Positions 39,641 to 49,853 of a stretch of 64,000 bases of DNA are shown one piece after another. Both the position numbers and the translations under genes were made by a program. Below the pieces are notes generated by a model. It was not told where the DNA came from. It ran no database searches and saw only the letters and a list, made by a program, of their open reading frames with translations. Position 1 is the stretch's first letter. Every line of letters starts with the position of its first letter. The stretch is from a virus (Duplodnaviria; Caudoviricetes), in the IMG/VR virus record IMGVR_UViG_3300042564_005059, positions 31,428 through 95,427 of that record; one strand, given 5' to 3'.

Positions 39641-40519
39641 TTATGATACCAATTCAAAAAGTTCTTTTTCAGTTTTTAAGATTACCTTTGAACCTACGCC
39701 ACTAAAAACGCTATCTTTATCTTTGGTATTAATTGAGTGGTTTGCGTAATGTGTAAAACCATTATATAAACCGAATAAGGTTGCACCTGTACGCCCGATT
39801 TCCAATTCAATACTATTGTTGATTAAATCAATAGTAGCTTGTTTTTGTTTGTTGTAATCGCCATACTTCGCCATATCAATAGCCATAATTCTGTTGATGT
39901 ACTTGTTAACAACTTCTTGGTTGATTTCAACTTTTTGCATACTTGCGTAAATTTGGTTTACGTTTTCAACTTGCCCCATACAACGAACAACGTCGTTAAA
40001 CATACCTACAATTTTGCCCTGATTTCCCTTAACGTTTTTGAATGATGTAGTAAATTCTGTAAAAGATTTTTTTGCACCATTGGTACAAATTAAACGCATA
40101 GTACTTAAAAACATTGATGTAGGTACTTTACCATTTAAACCGATTTGTAGGTTTAATGTAGGTATAGTAACATCTTCTTGTTTTCTTAAATTGATATAGC
40201 TTAACGGCTCTAAATCAATAGAAAAACGTACAATTTCACCGCCTTTCACTTCTGTATAACGCAAGTTTGCGGTATCTAAACCATATTCTAAAATTGCATC
40301 ACAAAACGCTTGAAATACGGCTCTAGGTTGTGTAGGTGCGAAACGATTACCAACGATACCTAATTGGTTTCCACCAACGCTTTTAAATACGCCATACCAA
40401 TCAACAACATTAAAGTTAGGGTCGGCAACCATAAGCGGTTTCATTTCCACGTCAAATAATTGGTTTTCGATGTTTGCAACGTTTTCGTTAGCTTTTGCGA
40501 TGTTTTTTAAGATTTCCAT
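39641..40519 (-). CDS. DUF932/DUF945-like phage protein
   Basis: LGIVG.RF.P.Q..GGE..RLICTNG..GATLFGLYNGFTHY. Confidence 0.8.
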   Translation of the reverse strand: MEILKNIAKANENVANIENQLFDVEMKPLMVADPNFNVVDWYGVFKSVGGNQLGIVGNRFAPTQPRAVFQAFCDAILEYGLDTANLRYTEVKGGEIVRFSIDLEPLSYINLRKQEDVTIPTLNLQIGLNGKVPTSMFLSTMRLICTNGAKKSFTEFTTSFKNVKGNQGKIVGMFNDVVRCMGQVENVNQIYASMQKVEINQEVVNKYINRIMAIDMAKYGDYNKQKQATIDLINNSIELEIGRTGATLFGLYNGFTHYANHSINTKDKDSVFSGVGSKVILKTEKELFELVS

Positions 40520-40771
40520 AATGTAAAAATTTAAGTTAAAAAATTTGTTTTGTGTCATTTTGACTTTGCAAATGTAAGGTGGTTTAATTTATTGACCTAA
40601 TTTGAAATGTTAAAATTTTGTTAAAATTTATATTAACATTAAAAACAAAAATTGTTAATAACTTTTATGGAAATTATTTCGGTATTTCAAAGAAACGTAT
40701 ATATTATAAAATTAATAATAAATAATAATATACGCATACGTGCGAGTGTATGCGTTGTTTAATTTATTTAG

Positions 40772-41083
40772 TTATTTATTTTGTTCGTTGTAGCATTTTA
40801 CAAAGTGTACACATGCTTTATATGTTGCTAATATTTTAGTTACTTCAAGTTCTGAAAAATACTCTTTTGATGTTTCTTCTATATAGCATACATTTTCTCG
40901 TACCTCTACAACCACACCTAAACTCTCAATCTTTTCTACTACTTGCATTAACCAATTCCAATCTGAATGAAATTTTAGATATTCTTTTGTTAATAGTTGC
41001 CCATCAAAATCATAAGTTCCAAAACCATTAAAACTTGGTTGCATAAACTCTGCTAAAAGTATATTGTTTTCTATTGTGTTCAT
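40772..41083 (-). CDS. conserved flavobacterial-phage-type hypothetical protein
   Basis: N.LLAEFM..FHSDWNWLMQVVEKIE. Confidence 0.75.
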   Translation of the reverse strand: MNTIENNILLAEFMQPSFNGFGTYDFDGQLLTKEYLKFHSDWNWLMQVVEKIESLGVVVEVRENVCYIEETSKEYFSELEVTKILATYKACVHFVKCYNEQNK

Positions 41084-41465
41084 AAGTCATTTAATTTAAT
41101 TTAATTGGTTTTACGTGTGGGTATGACACAAATGTGTACACAGTTATCTGAATATGTAGATTAATAATATTACAACTATTAATAAAACTGCTTTGATGAT
41201 GATTAACTTTTTCATACGTGAATAAATTTATTGAGTTAATTAACACAAATAAGCATTGTTACTTTTGCTGATTTTAAATCCACTTCAACAAAAGGGTTTT
41301 GCTCTAATTTAACTTCTTTGTTTTCAGAAGTTCTAGCGTAAAAAGAAACTGAAACTGATTTCATAATGATTTTAATTTAATTGGTTAAACGTGTGCAAAT
41401 ATATAATAATATTTTAACATAAAAAATAAAACCCCACTTTTTTTTTAGTGGGGTCATTTAATTTA

Positions 41466-41723
41466 TTAACTTCTGCGTTTATGTCTATGGTCAAACTTAT
41501 AAAGTAGTTCGTTGTATATGTGTGCTCTAATACAACCAAAATAATAATAAGTATCTTTACCCAAAAGTCTAACACTAACACAACATATATTCAACCCTAC
41601 TGCTGAAATGTGTTGAAAATTGCCTTGTCCTTTGAGAGTTAATTGCAATTTGTTGTTAATGTTTGCTTGGCAAAAATCTGCAAGTTGTTGCTCTGATGCG
41701 TTAAATAATTGTTCGTTTGTCAT
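41466..41723 (-). CDS. hypothetical early protein
   Basis: Own promoter and terminator. Confidence 0.6.
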   Translation of the reverse strand: MTNEQLFNASEQQLADFCQANINNKLQLTLKGQGNFQHISAVGLNICCVSVRLLGKDTYYYFGCIRAHIYNELLYKFDHRHKRRS

Positions 41724-41870
41724 AATGAATTAATTTAATTGGTTAAACTTGGAACAAATGTATAACAATTATTTTACAATACAAAATTTATTAAAAAAAA
41801 AACCCTATTAAATTTAATAGGGTTTAAAATCAAAAATTAACAACTTTAAATATATGGAAACTAAAAATCT

Positions 41871-42359
41871 TTATAACCCCATTACAATACCTATTGTAAC
41901 TTGACTAAACGTATCGTAACCTAAATTGATAGCAACTTTATTGCTTAAATTATAACCAACATAACCGCCTAACATTGTTGAATAAGGCGTAACTTCTTTT
42001 TCAAAGATATTATAGTTATCGTTTGGCGTTTTATCAATCCAATTCGCTTTATTTTGTTTACCATATCTAACACCAAAAGTATATCTTTCATATTGATAAC
42101 CATAGGTTAAATATAGTGTTTCATTTTTAAATTCTTCGTTTTCTACTTTAGCACCATTAATTTCTCCAGCATAACCGCCACCGATTATATGGTTATTAAA
42201 TTTAACGTAAATTTCGCCACCTAATGATTTAAGTGTACCGATGTTAGCAACAAGTCCAAAATGACTTTCTCTATCGTAATTTCTTTTACTTTTATAACAT
42301 TGTGAAAATGTTAATGTAGAAACTAAAAATAATACTGATACTAATAATACTTTTTTCAT
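41871..42359 (-). CDS. secreted outer-membrane beta-barrel-like protein
   Basis: Sec signal MKKVLL..TFSQ (Bacteroidota Q-rule); alternating strands LTYGYQY, GGYVGYNL, INLGYD. Confidence 0.7.
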   Translation of the reverse strand: MKKVLLVSVLFLVSTLTFSQCYKSKRNYDRESHFGLVANIGTLKSLGGEIYVKFNNHIIGGGYAGEINGAKVENEEFKNETLYLTYGYQYERYTFGVRYGKQNKANWIDKTPNDNYNIFEKEVTPYSTMLGGYVGYNLSNKVAINLGYDTFSQVTIGIVMGL

Positions 42360-42442
42360 AATTCAATAAATTTAATTGGTTTTGTGAGTGCAAAGGTAAA
42401 ACAATTTCCCACTAATACAAGTGGGAAAATGTTAATTTTTTG

Positions 42443-42832
42443 TTAAAATTCTCTTTGTTCTAATTGTATTGTAATTTCATCTAATTCTAATTTGATATGA
42501 TTTCTAATTACATCGTCAATTAATTTAATAACGTATTCTTTATATGCGTTATAATCTTGTTTTTTTGATTTAACAAAATAATAACTTGTAACTTTGTTGC
42601 CACTAAAATAATTCCAATCTGTGTCTTCGTGTTGTTTATATTCTTTAATAAATTTATTCACTTTAACACAATATTCGCCAAATTGAATACTTGTTGATAT
42701 TCTTGTTTTAGTATGATGATGAAAAGAAACTCTTATTGTTTTGGTTTCTCTTAATAAATTTAAGTCAGGGTCAGCGAACATTGTAAAACTGCTTACCATT
42801 GGTCTTGGTACTTCTACTAAATTGATTTTCAT
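42443..42832 (-). CDS. hypothetical early protein
   Basis: Promoter at 42862. Confidence 0.65.
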   Translation of the reverse strand: MKINLVEVPRPMVSSFTMFADPDLNLLRETKTIRVSFHHHTKTRISTSIQFGEYCVKVNKFIKEYKQHEDTDWNYFSGNKVTSYYFVKSKKQDYNAYKEYVIKLIDDVIRNHIKLELDEITIQLEQREF

Positions 42833-43161
42833 AATACAATAAATTAATTGGTTTTGTGAGTGCAAAGATATAACAATTATTTTACTTTACCAAATAAAGT
42901 TGTTGGTCTTGTTCTTTTTGTTAAAGTAGTATCACTAACTTTAATACATTGTTGTTTACCATTAAGCAAAACAATAGCAATATCAAATCCTTGGTGCAAC
43001 ACCATTACATTTTCGTTTGTTGGTTTATATATCGTTGTCATATAATATAATTTAATTTAATGAGTACTACGCGTAATAGACACAAATGTGTACACTATGA
43101 TAATAAATTTATTAACCATATACCAAAGGCAACAATAAAATATTTGTGCCATTTAATTTTT

Positions 43162-43482
43162 TTAGTTTTCATATATAACACCTAATTTAATTTGTTTAAG
43201 TCTTTTTTTAAATTGCTCAAAATCTTTTACACTTTCTTTGATAGTAAATGCTTTTTTATAGCGTTTATCTTGTCTGTGTAAATCAATTTCTTCATCAACA
43301 TTAAAGTTATTAACATAGCGTTTAAATTCTTCTATGTTGAAAGGCATAAGCGTTATTATCATATTAACACCACCATTTGTCCACGTTTCAAGTTCAGCAC
43401 ATTGTTGATTATCTTGTTCAAATAAATGTACCTTGAAATCAGCGTTTTCGAATAAGTCAATTAATTTAGTTTGTGTTACCAT
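43162..43482 (-). CDS. hypothetical early protein
   Basis: Promoter at 43507. Confidence 0.7.
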   Translation of the reverse strand: MVTQTKLIDLFENADFKVHLFEQDNQQCAELETWTNGGVNMIITLMPFNIEEFKRYVNNFNVDEEIDLHRQDKRYKKAFTIKESVKDFEQFKKRLKQIKLGVIYEN

Positions 43483-43544
43483 AACTGAATAATTTAGTTT
43501 GTGAGTGCAAATATATAACAAATAATTTACACTCACAAATATTT

Positions 43545-43868
43545 TTATAAAATAATTGTTGGTACGTTAATATTAGTTTTATCATATAAAATACCTACAA
43601 CATCATTAAATAACTTTACCAAATGATTATCCATACAATTAGCAATTCTTTTACCACTCAATAAATTTATTCCGCAATACAATTTATCTTGGTCTTGATT
43701 AATAGTAACCCAATCAGTATTAAAATCCATTCTATAAATTATATTATCTTTCGATATAATATAACTCTTTTTTCTTGGACTGATTTTCTTCGGAGAAACT
43801 TCATACTTCAACTTGATTAATTCATCAACCAAAAGAAGTCTTTTTGCATATCTATTAGTAACTGCCAT
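43545..43868 (-). CDS. hypothetical early protein
   Basis: Promoter at 43898. Confidence 0.65.
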   Translation of the reverse strand: MAVTNRYAKRLLLVDELIKLKYEVSPKKISPRKKSYIISKDNIIYRMDFNTDWVTINQDQDKLYCGINLLSGKRIANCMDNHLVKLFNDVVGILYDKTNINVPTIIL

Positions 43869-43915
43869 AATACATTTAATTTAATTGGTTTGTGAGTGCA
43901 AAGATATAACAATAT

Positions 43916-44131
43916 TTATTTTATACCAAGATAAACTTGTTGTCTAATCAATCTACCTTTTTTGTCTAATTTAAGAATATAATTAAATTTATCACTACAT
44001 CTATACACTTGATATTTAGTTTCTTTAAATTGAATGTAAACATCTTTTAATGGTACATCAACAATTTCTTTGGTTGAATAACAAGAAACGAATGTTATTG
44101 AAACGATAAATAATACTACTAATTTTTTCAT
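43916..44131 (-). CDS. small lipoprotein
   Basis: MKKLVVLFIVSITFVSC lipobox. Confidence 0.7.
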   Translation of the reverse strand: MKKLVVLFIVSITFVSCYSTKEIVDVPLKDVYIQFKETKYQVYRCSDKFNYILKLDKKGRLIRQQVYLGIK

Positions 44132-44195
44132 TGTTTAAGTGTTTTAATTGGTTTGTGAGTGCAAAGATATAACAATTAATTAAACTACCAAATAT

Positions 44196-44384
44196 TTATG
44201 TAAGTTTTTTAAAATTTCTTTCAAGCACCATTTTTGCATTGGGCAAGACACTCAATCGTATCTCAACATAATCAATTGGATATTCCCAACCAATATGAAA
44301 TTTATCTCCACTTGGTAAAGTTAATGACTCCGTACATTTATAACAAGGTTTTGGTTTATTGCAAACCATATTATGTAAACTCAT
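44196..44384 (-). CDS. hypothetical early protein
   Basis: 62 aa in operon. Confidence 0.55.
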   Translation of the reverse strand: MSLHNMVCNKPKPCYKCTESLTLPSGDKFHIGWEYPIDYVEIRLSVLPNAKMVLERNFKKLT

Positions 44385-44396
44385 AAGCTATTTAAT

Positions 44397-44690
44397 TTAT
44401 CTTGCTCTTAATTCAATTCGGTCTGTAACGTCTAAATAGGTATCAGCTTTTAATTCAAATGAAACCCAAAAATCTTTTTCATCTGCTCTGCTAACTTCAC
44501 AAGTGAAATCAATATTATTTGATTTAAGAAACTCGCATAATTTATCTTTATCGTCATTTAATTTAATTTCGTGTTTGTTATTAACAAAACGATAAAAATT
44601 AATTGCAAATCGTTCCAATATTGCAAACACACTTTCATTGGTTTCTAACCAAGTTAAATCTAATACTAACCCAAATTCTTTATTTTTCAT
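44397..44690 (-). CDS. hypothetical early protein
   Basis: 97 aa in operon. Confidence 0.65.
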   Translation of the reverse strand: MKNKEFGLVLDLTWLETNESVFAILERFAINFYRFVNNKHEIKLNDDKDKLCEFLKSNNIDFTCEVSRADEKDFWVSFELKADTYLDVTDRIELRAR

Positions 44691-44702
44691 AAGTTATTAA
44701 AT

Positions 44703-44909
44703 TTAATCAGTTAAATTAAGTTTTTCCAAATCTTCTTTAGCGTCTTTTAAATCAACATAAACATTAATTCTATCTTTACCATTTATTCCAAATATGGTAT
44801 ATCCTTGATAAATAATATAACCAATTTCAAGTTTACCTTTGTATTGATATAAACGTGTTTCAATCCAATACCCAGTGTTTAAATTGAATAATTTTTTTAA
44901 TATTTTCAT
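44703..44909 (-). CDS. hypothetical early protein
   Basis: 68 aa; AATTAAATGACTT-ATG leader. Confidence 0.6.
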   Translation of the reverse strand: MKILKKLFNLNTGYWIETRLYQYKGKLEIGYIIYQGYTIFGINGKDRINVYVDLKDAKEDLEKLNLTD

Positions 44910-44921
44910 AAGTCATTTAAT

Positions 44922-45191
44922 TTAATCAACAATACCACTACCATAAAACTCGCCAAAGGTACACGCTCTTAATCTGTCAAGCGTTGCACTATACATATAC
45001 TTTGAATACTTTGTACCCCATTTGTTTGGTGGAAAAGTGGTTTCCCAATCATTTGCCAATACAATTTGGTTTTCATTCATAACACCCTCATTCCAAAGCT
45101 CATTCCAATTTTCTTGGTCAAATTCAACACCCACTTTAGATTCAAAGCGTGTGCCTTTGTATTCAATTCTTTCAGTAAATTGTCTTGTCAT
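44922..45191 (-). CDS. hypothetical early protein
   Basis: 89 aa ending in FYGSGIVD. Confidence 0.65.
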   Translation of the reverse strand: MTRQFTERIEYKGTRFESKVGVEFDQENWNELWNEGVMNENQIVLANDWETTFPPNKWGTKYSKYMYSATLDRLRACTFGEFYGSGIVD

Positions 45192-45198
45192 AACTAAT

Positions 45199-45456
45199 TT
45201 ATTTAGTATTTCTGCTTAACACAAATTTTTCAGTAAAATCCCCATTACCCCATTTGGTTTGTAGGATAGAAAACTCCCCTTTACCCAATGAATTTAAGTA
45301 GTCGATACGTGAGGTTTGAACCCCATTAAGTTTTCCCGAATAACCAATTTGGTTAAAGTCTTTTCTTTGTTGTTCAGATAAAAAATGTAGTGGGTGTCCG
45401 AAAATTTCCCTAACTTCGCCCATTGAAGTTTCAAATTGATAAGTTTCAAGTACCAT
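45199..45456 (-). CDS. hypothetical early protein
   Basis: Promoter at 45485. Confidence 0.6.
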   Translation of the reverse strand: MVLETYQFETSMGEVREIFGHPLHFLSEQQRKDFNQIGYSGKLNGVQTSRIDYLNSLGKGEFSILQTKWGNGDFTEKFVLSRNTK

Positions 45457-45610
45457 AGCAAATAAATTTAATTGGTTTAACGATGCAAAGATATAACAAT
45501 TTTTTAATATACCAAACAATTATTAAAAATTTTTTATTTGTTCATATAATTGTTCGGCTTGTTCTTTGCTTTCCGCCCATATTTTATATCCCTTTATAAT
45601 ATACCAATCC

Positions 45611-46030
45611 TTACCCTTGCTGTTCAGAAACACCATTCTCTAATATTGTTGCATTAATTAATTCAAGTCTTTTTTCTTTAAGCATTTTTATTTTATACTC
45701 CAATATTTGAATTTCCATATCCAAAGCAATAATATTGTTATGGTCATAAAGTTTAAGAAACGCATTTTTAATATTATGATAATGTAACATTAAACGCTTA
45801 TTATACTTGGCATATAACTCAAATTGTGCAATACCATACATAACGCTTGCGTGGTCTTTTTTCACACTCTTACCAATAAGATGATAACTTTGTGTTGGTG
45901 CTAATTCCCTTACTATTTTATAATAAAGTGAACGTATTTCAACTATCGGTCTTAATCGGCTTGTTTCGTTTATATCAATACCTGTTTCGGTTTTGATTAA
46001 ATCTTTTACTATCTCATTAACTTCATACAT
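45611..46030 (-). CDS. DnaA C-terminal (domain IV)-like HTH protein
   Basis: SR.R.IVEIR..Y...S...IG....KDHASVMYG resembles the DnaA RDHTTV signature. Confidence 0.7.
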   Translation of the reverse strand: MYEVNEIVKDLIKTETGIDINETSRLRPIVEIRSLYYKIVRELAPTQSYHLIGKSVKKDHASVMYGIAQFELYAKYNKRLMLHYHNIKNAFLKLYDHNNIIALDMEIQILEYKIKMLKEKRLELINATILENGVSEQQG

Positions 46031-46081
46031 AAGTCATTTAATTTATTGGGTTACACGCATAGACACAAATGTGTACATACT

Positions 46082-46297
46082 TTAATTAGAAGTAATTAAA
46101 ACTGAATTTTTATTTGCTTTTTCAATTAACATCATCACTTCTTCTACATTTTCAGTAACTTTAAAACCACCATTATTATGTGTCAGAACGCCAATATTTG
46201 TACCATTCTCATACTCATAAACATCACCAATTTGTGCAATGTTAATGTAAACGTTATTTTTTGAACTTCTTGAGGTAACTTTAATAAATTTTAACAT
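46082..46297 (-). CDS. FlbD-like small protein
   Basis: FIKVT..YIN..QI..V.ENVEEV. Confidence 0.55.
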   Translation of the reverse strand: MLKFIKVTSRSSKNNVYINIAQIGDVYEYENGTNIGVLTHNNGGFKVTENVEEVMMLIEKANKNSVLITSN

Positions 46298-46364
46298 AAT
46301 TCATTTTATTTAATTGGTTTAACTATGCAAAGATATAACAAATATTTTACACTACCAAATATAT

Positions 46365-46688
46365 TTACAAAAGTTTTTTAAGTCGGTTGATATACTTATC
46401 GTTCTCGGCAAACTTCTTTTTGTTATCGATAACTCTATTATCCAATCTAATATTTTCAATACACAATTTATGGTTTTCTATTTCTTTGGTATCAACAATA
46501 TATTTTACTTTGGCAAATAGTTCTGAATAGTTTTTGCCAAAATGCAAATCAATTCTATCTTTGAAGAAACGTTGTCCGTTCTCAAATTCTAATTCTCGAC
46601 CATTGTCAGAAACAACTTTGTAATTCTTACCAAACTCAAACCCATAATTGTCGGTCAGTGAAATAAGAACTTTATTAACATAATCCAT
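46365..46688 (-). CDS. hypothetical early protein
   Basis: Own promoter. Confidence 0.65.
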   Translation of the reverse strand: MDYVNKVLISLTDNYGFEFGKNYKVVSDNGRELEFENGQRFFKDRIDLHFGKNYSELFAKVKYIVDTKEIENHKLCIENIRLDNRVIDNKKKFAENDKYINRLKKLL

Positions 46689-46815
46689 AACGATATAATT
46701 TAATTGGTTTAACGATACAAATGTATAACAATTATTTTACACTACCAAAAATTTTAACATTTTTTTTTATAAAAAGAAAATCCCGCATTTCTGCGGGAAG
46801 TTCACACCAATTAAA

Positions 46816-47115
46816 TTAATTAACGTTATGGTCAATCAATAAGTTAAATTTGTTGTACATAAAAATATCAGCAAGGGTTACTTGGTCTTCATCGGTAAAA
46901 GTACCAAGTCTATATTGTAAAATTACTTTTCTAAAATTCTTGGCAATCAATTTATGGTCGCCTGACAACTCAAATTCAAGTCTTTGTTTTCCGTTATTCT
47001 CAACTGCAACAAAGATAGGTTTTTTGGCTTTCTTGTCTTTTAAAAAGACATTATAAGTACTATTCTCATTTGCCAAAGGGTGGTTTAATTCAATGTGTTC
47101 TACTAATAGTTCCAT
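46816..47115 (-). CDS. hypothetical early protein
   Basis: Own promoter and terminator. Confidence 0.65.
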   Translation of the reverse strand: MELLVEHIELNHPLANENSTYNVFLKDKKAKKPIFVAVENNGKQRLEFELSGDHKLIAKNFRKVILQYRLGTFTDEDQVTLADIFMYNKFNLLIDHNVN

Positions 47116-47159
47116 AACATTTTATTTTAAATTGGTTATGCAAAGGTATAACAATTATT

Positions 47160-47489
47160 TTAATATCCAAATCTTTTTTTATAATTTCTTATTTCTTCTT
47201 TATCTCTTAAAATATTGTTAGAATAAAAACCACTCAATACCATTTGTAAATCCTTATTCGGAATCAATGAAGTATCAAAATTTGGGTGTAATATCGTAAA
47301 GTAATGTAATTGGTTATAGTAATAACCAAACTCATAAGTCGTTTCACCACTTTTAATCGTTTCTGCCGTACCATTATCAAACTCTTGGATATATTCCATT
47401 AACTTTGGAATATCTTGGCTTAAATCTATTAATTCTTTTGGTTTCCCTCCTAGAAAATCAAATATTGGTGGTAATTTTTTTGACATCAC
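47160..47489 (-). CDS. hypothetical early protein
   Basis: Own promoter. Confidence 0.65.
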   Translation of the reverse strand: MMSKKLPPIFDFLGGKPKELIDLSQDIPKLMEYIQEFDNGTAETIKSGETTYEFGYYYNQLHYFTILHPNFDTSLIPNKDLQMVLSGFYSNNILRDKEEIRNYKKRFGY

Positions 47490-47598
47490 TTGTTTAATTT
47501 AATTGGTTTAACGATACAAAGGTAAGAATAAAACCGACACTACCAAATAGTAGTGTCGATTTTTTCAGAAATAAATAAATATATAGAATGGAAATAAA

Positions 47599-48207
47599 TT
47601 ATTTACTTAATTCAGCTAACTTCTGCTGACAAATTTCAAGTGTTGGGATAACTATATCGTAGTTATTTTCATCGTTAGGGTCTTTGTTAATACCATAAAA
47701 CGCACCAATTTCTTTTTTATAAAAATCGCCACAAGTTTCGTAGTTTTCACAAACATACTTTAACTCCATTAGTTTTTGTTCATCTTTGCTTAACGATTCC
47801 CAAAGAATTGCATTTTTTCCAAATATCAGTTTAAAATATTTGTGGTTTTTAATAACCTCACATAACGCTTGTTTTTCTTCATCACTATTAAAACCTATCT
47901 TGTTGGCAAGTGTAGATAAACCACTATTTCTTAATTGAGTTTGCAAAGAACCAACATTGTCAATCGGTAAATCCCCAAGCATTGCATTTGTACTATCTTG
48001 AATTTCCCAATCATCAATCGCTATAACAATTTGAGTTTTATTGTTTAAACTTTTTTCATACAAACGAGCATAGTAATCTAAATCAATACTGAAATTACCA
48101 CGTTTCATAGTGAATTTTCCTGTTAATTCACTCGAAACACCCTCTGTAATTGATTTTGTTTCAGTTTTACCTTCAAGGACTTTAAGTCCACCTAAAATGT
48201 TTTCCAT
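47599..48207 (-). CDS. hypothetical early protein
   Basis: Promoter at 48238. Confidence 0.7.
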   Translation of the reverse strand: MENILGGLKVLEGKTETKSITEGVSSELTGKFTMKRGNFSIDLDYYARLYEKSLNNKTQIVIAIDDWEIQDSTNAMLGDLPIDNVGSLQTQLRNSGLSTLANKIGFNSDEEKQALCEVIKNHKYFKLIFGKNAILWESLSKDEQKLMELKYVCENYETCGDFYKKEIGAFYGINKDPNDENNYDIVIPTLEICQQKLAELSK

Positions 48208-48300
48208 AATAAAATTATTTAATTGATTAATAATGGTGCAAATGTATAACAATTATTTAACCTACCAAATATATAAGTGTTAAAATTTTGTTAAAAAAGA

Positions 48301-48530
48301 AATGGGGTAAATAAATTTACTCACCCCAATTCCAAATACAGAATTATCTGTGTCAGTCTGTTACCTTATTTTCAGCCATGAATATGTATCAACCCTCAGG
48401 TTGCCCTTACTAAAACCGCTGATTGACAAATAAATTTATTTGCATAAGATAATGCCTACATTGCCGACAAGCAAGGATTCCTTATTTGGTTAGCAAGGGT
48501 CTAAATCCGAAATGGACATATATATCGTAA
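48301..48530 (-). ncRNA. candidate structured ncRNA
   Basis: ORF-free, GC-richer; stem CCCUUGCUAA/UUAGUAAGGG, several hairpins, terminal terminator-like hairpin. Confidence 0.5.
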
Positions 48531-48536
48531 TTAAAT

Positions 48537-48740
48537 TTATTCTGTTATTTGTACTATTTTGCAATAGTCTTTTAATTCATCAAGTGGGATTCTTTGTCGG
48601 TTACTTGTTGAATAATAACCTTGTTGTTCATAACGCTTTACCCACTCATCTAATTTTTGTTCAGCAACTTCTACACTTGGATAAGTTTCTTCTCTGTCGA
48701 TAGCAAACCCATCAGGACTTAATACTTCAAATTGTGTCAT
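48537..48740 (-). CDS. hypothetical early protein
   Basis: LSPDGF..W..RYE.QGYYS. Confidence 0.7.
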   Translation of the reverse strand: MTQFEVLSPDGFAIDREETYPSVEVAEQKLDEWVKRYEQQGYYSTSNRQRIPLDELKDYCKIVQITE

Positions 48741-48761
48741 AACTATATTCTTTTATTTGGT

Positions 48762-48902
48762 TTATTCAATTTCTCTTGGGTTAAATGTTACTTCTCCCTC
48801 ATTAGTGAAGTCTGCACCGCAATCATCACAACATAACATTGTTTGAGGAAAATCAAAATCCTCTCGGATATTTGTACTTATACATATTGGGCAAGTTTCC
48901 AT
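48762..48902 (-). CDS. small zinc-ribbon protein (46 aa, not in track)
   Basis: METCPIC...CCDDCG read directly. Confidence 0.65.
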   Translation of the reverse strand: METCPICISTNIREDFDFPQTMLCCDDCGADFTNEGEVTFNPREIE

Positions 48903-48914
48903 AAGTCATTTAAT

Positions 48915-49154
48915 TTAATCACCACTATCTACTCTATGAACTACTTTGTATGTTATATCTTCGATATTAACATCAAACGAATACTCATTGTAACAACGAC
49001 CTAAATTTTTAGTTTCGTGTGTGTTTGGGATTTTCAACTCGTTTAAGGCTTGATAAAACTCGCCATCTTCTTTTCTCCAACCATTCGCAGTACCCAAGTT
49101 GATTACATTGTTTACCGCTTTTGCTTTTACTTTTTCTGCTAATGTGTTTTCCAT
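48915..49154 (-). CDS. hypothetical early protein
   Basis: Ends in VDSGD; own promoter. Confidence 0.65.
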   Translation of the reverse strand: MENTLAEKVKAKAVNNVINLGTANGWRKEDGEFYQALNELKIPNTHETKNLGRCYNEYSFDVNIEDITYKVVHRVDSGD

Positions 49155-49224
49155 ATGTTATTTTATTTAATTGGTTAATGGTGGTGCAAATATATAACAA
49201 TAAATTTACACCACCAAATTTTTT

Positions 49225-49734
49225 TTAATCAAATTCACTTTCAAATGTAGCGAAGTTCGCTTTTTTCTGCAAAAATGGTTTAAGTTCTTTTACGAATTGT
49301 TTTTCAACATCACTCGTATATAAACTACCCAACGCCGATTTAACCACTTCAATAATTGGCGTGTTTGTTGTTGTATCTAAAAATACACAAGTCATAACAA
49401 CACCCCAATCCTTTGGTACGCTACCATGGTTTCTATGTGAAACCTTTGCACGTTTTAACCCTCGTTCAATGGTTACTATTGGCGTTTGGTAAACATCAAC
49501 TTCATCATCGTACCAATCAATTTCATCAAAACAAACTCGTAACTTCTGAAGTTTTTTGGTTTTGGTTGCTTTCCAAAAGTCTTCAACTTCTTTAGCAAGT
49601 CTTTCCTCATTAACGTACAACTCACTTTTACGGCTACTACCTTTAAAATCAGAATTAATTTCAAGTTTAATTGTTCCGTCAGATAATCTACTTGTGCTTA
49701 TTGTTAAGCATTCGTTTGTAAAAAGATTTCTCAT
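49225..49734 (-). CDS. hypothetical early protein
   Basis: Promoter at 49764. Confidence 0.7.
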   Translation of the reverse strand: MRNLFTNECLTISTSRLSDGTIKLEINSDFKGSSRKSELYVNEERLAKEVEDFWKATKTKKLQKLRVCFDEIDWYDDEVDVYQTPIVTIERGLKRAKVSHRNHGSVPKDWGVVMTCVFLDTTTNTPIIEVVKSALGSLYTSDVEKQFVKELKPFLQKKANFATFESEFD

Positions 49735-49853
49735 TGTAAAATAAATTTAATTGATTAACGAGTGCAAATGTATAACAATTATTTAACCTACCAAATATAT
49801 AAGTGTTAAAATTTTGTTAAAAAATAACCCACTATAAAAGTGGGTTATTAAAT

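Noticed and set aside
40800-40813. Eighth copy of the dispersed element
   Set aside because: Only a partial match (CAAAGTGTACAC), located inside a coding region.
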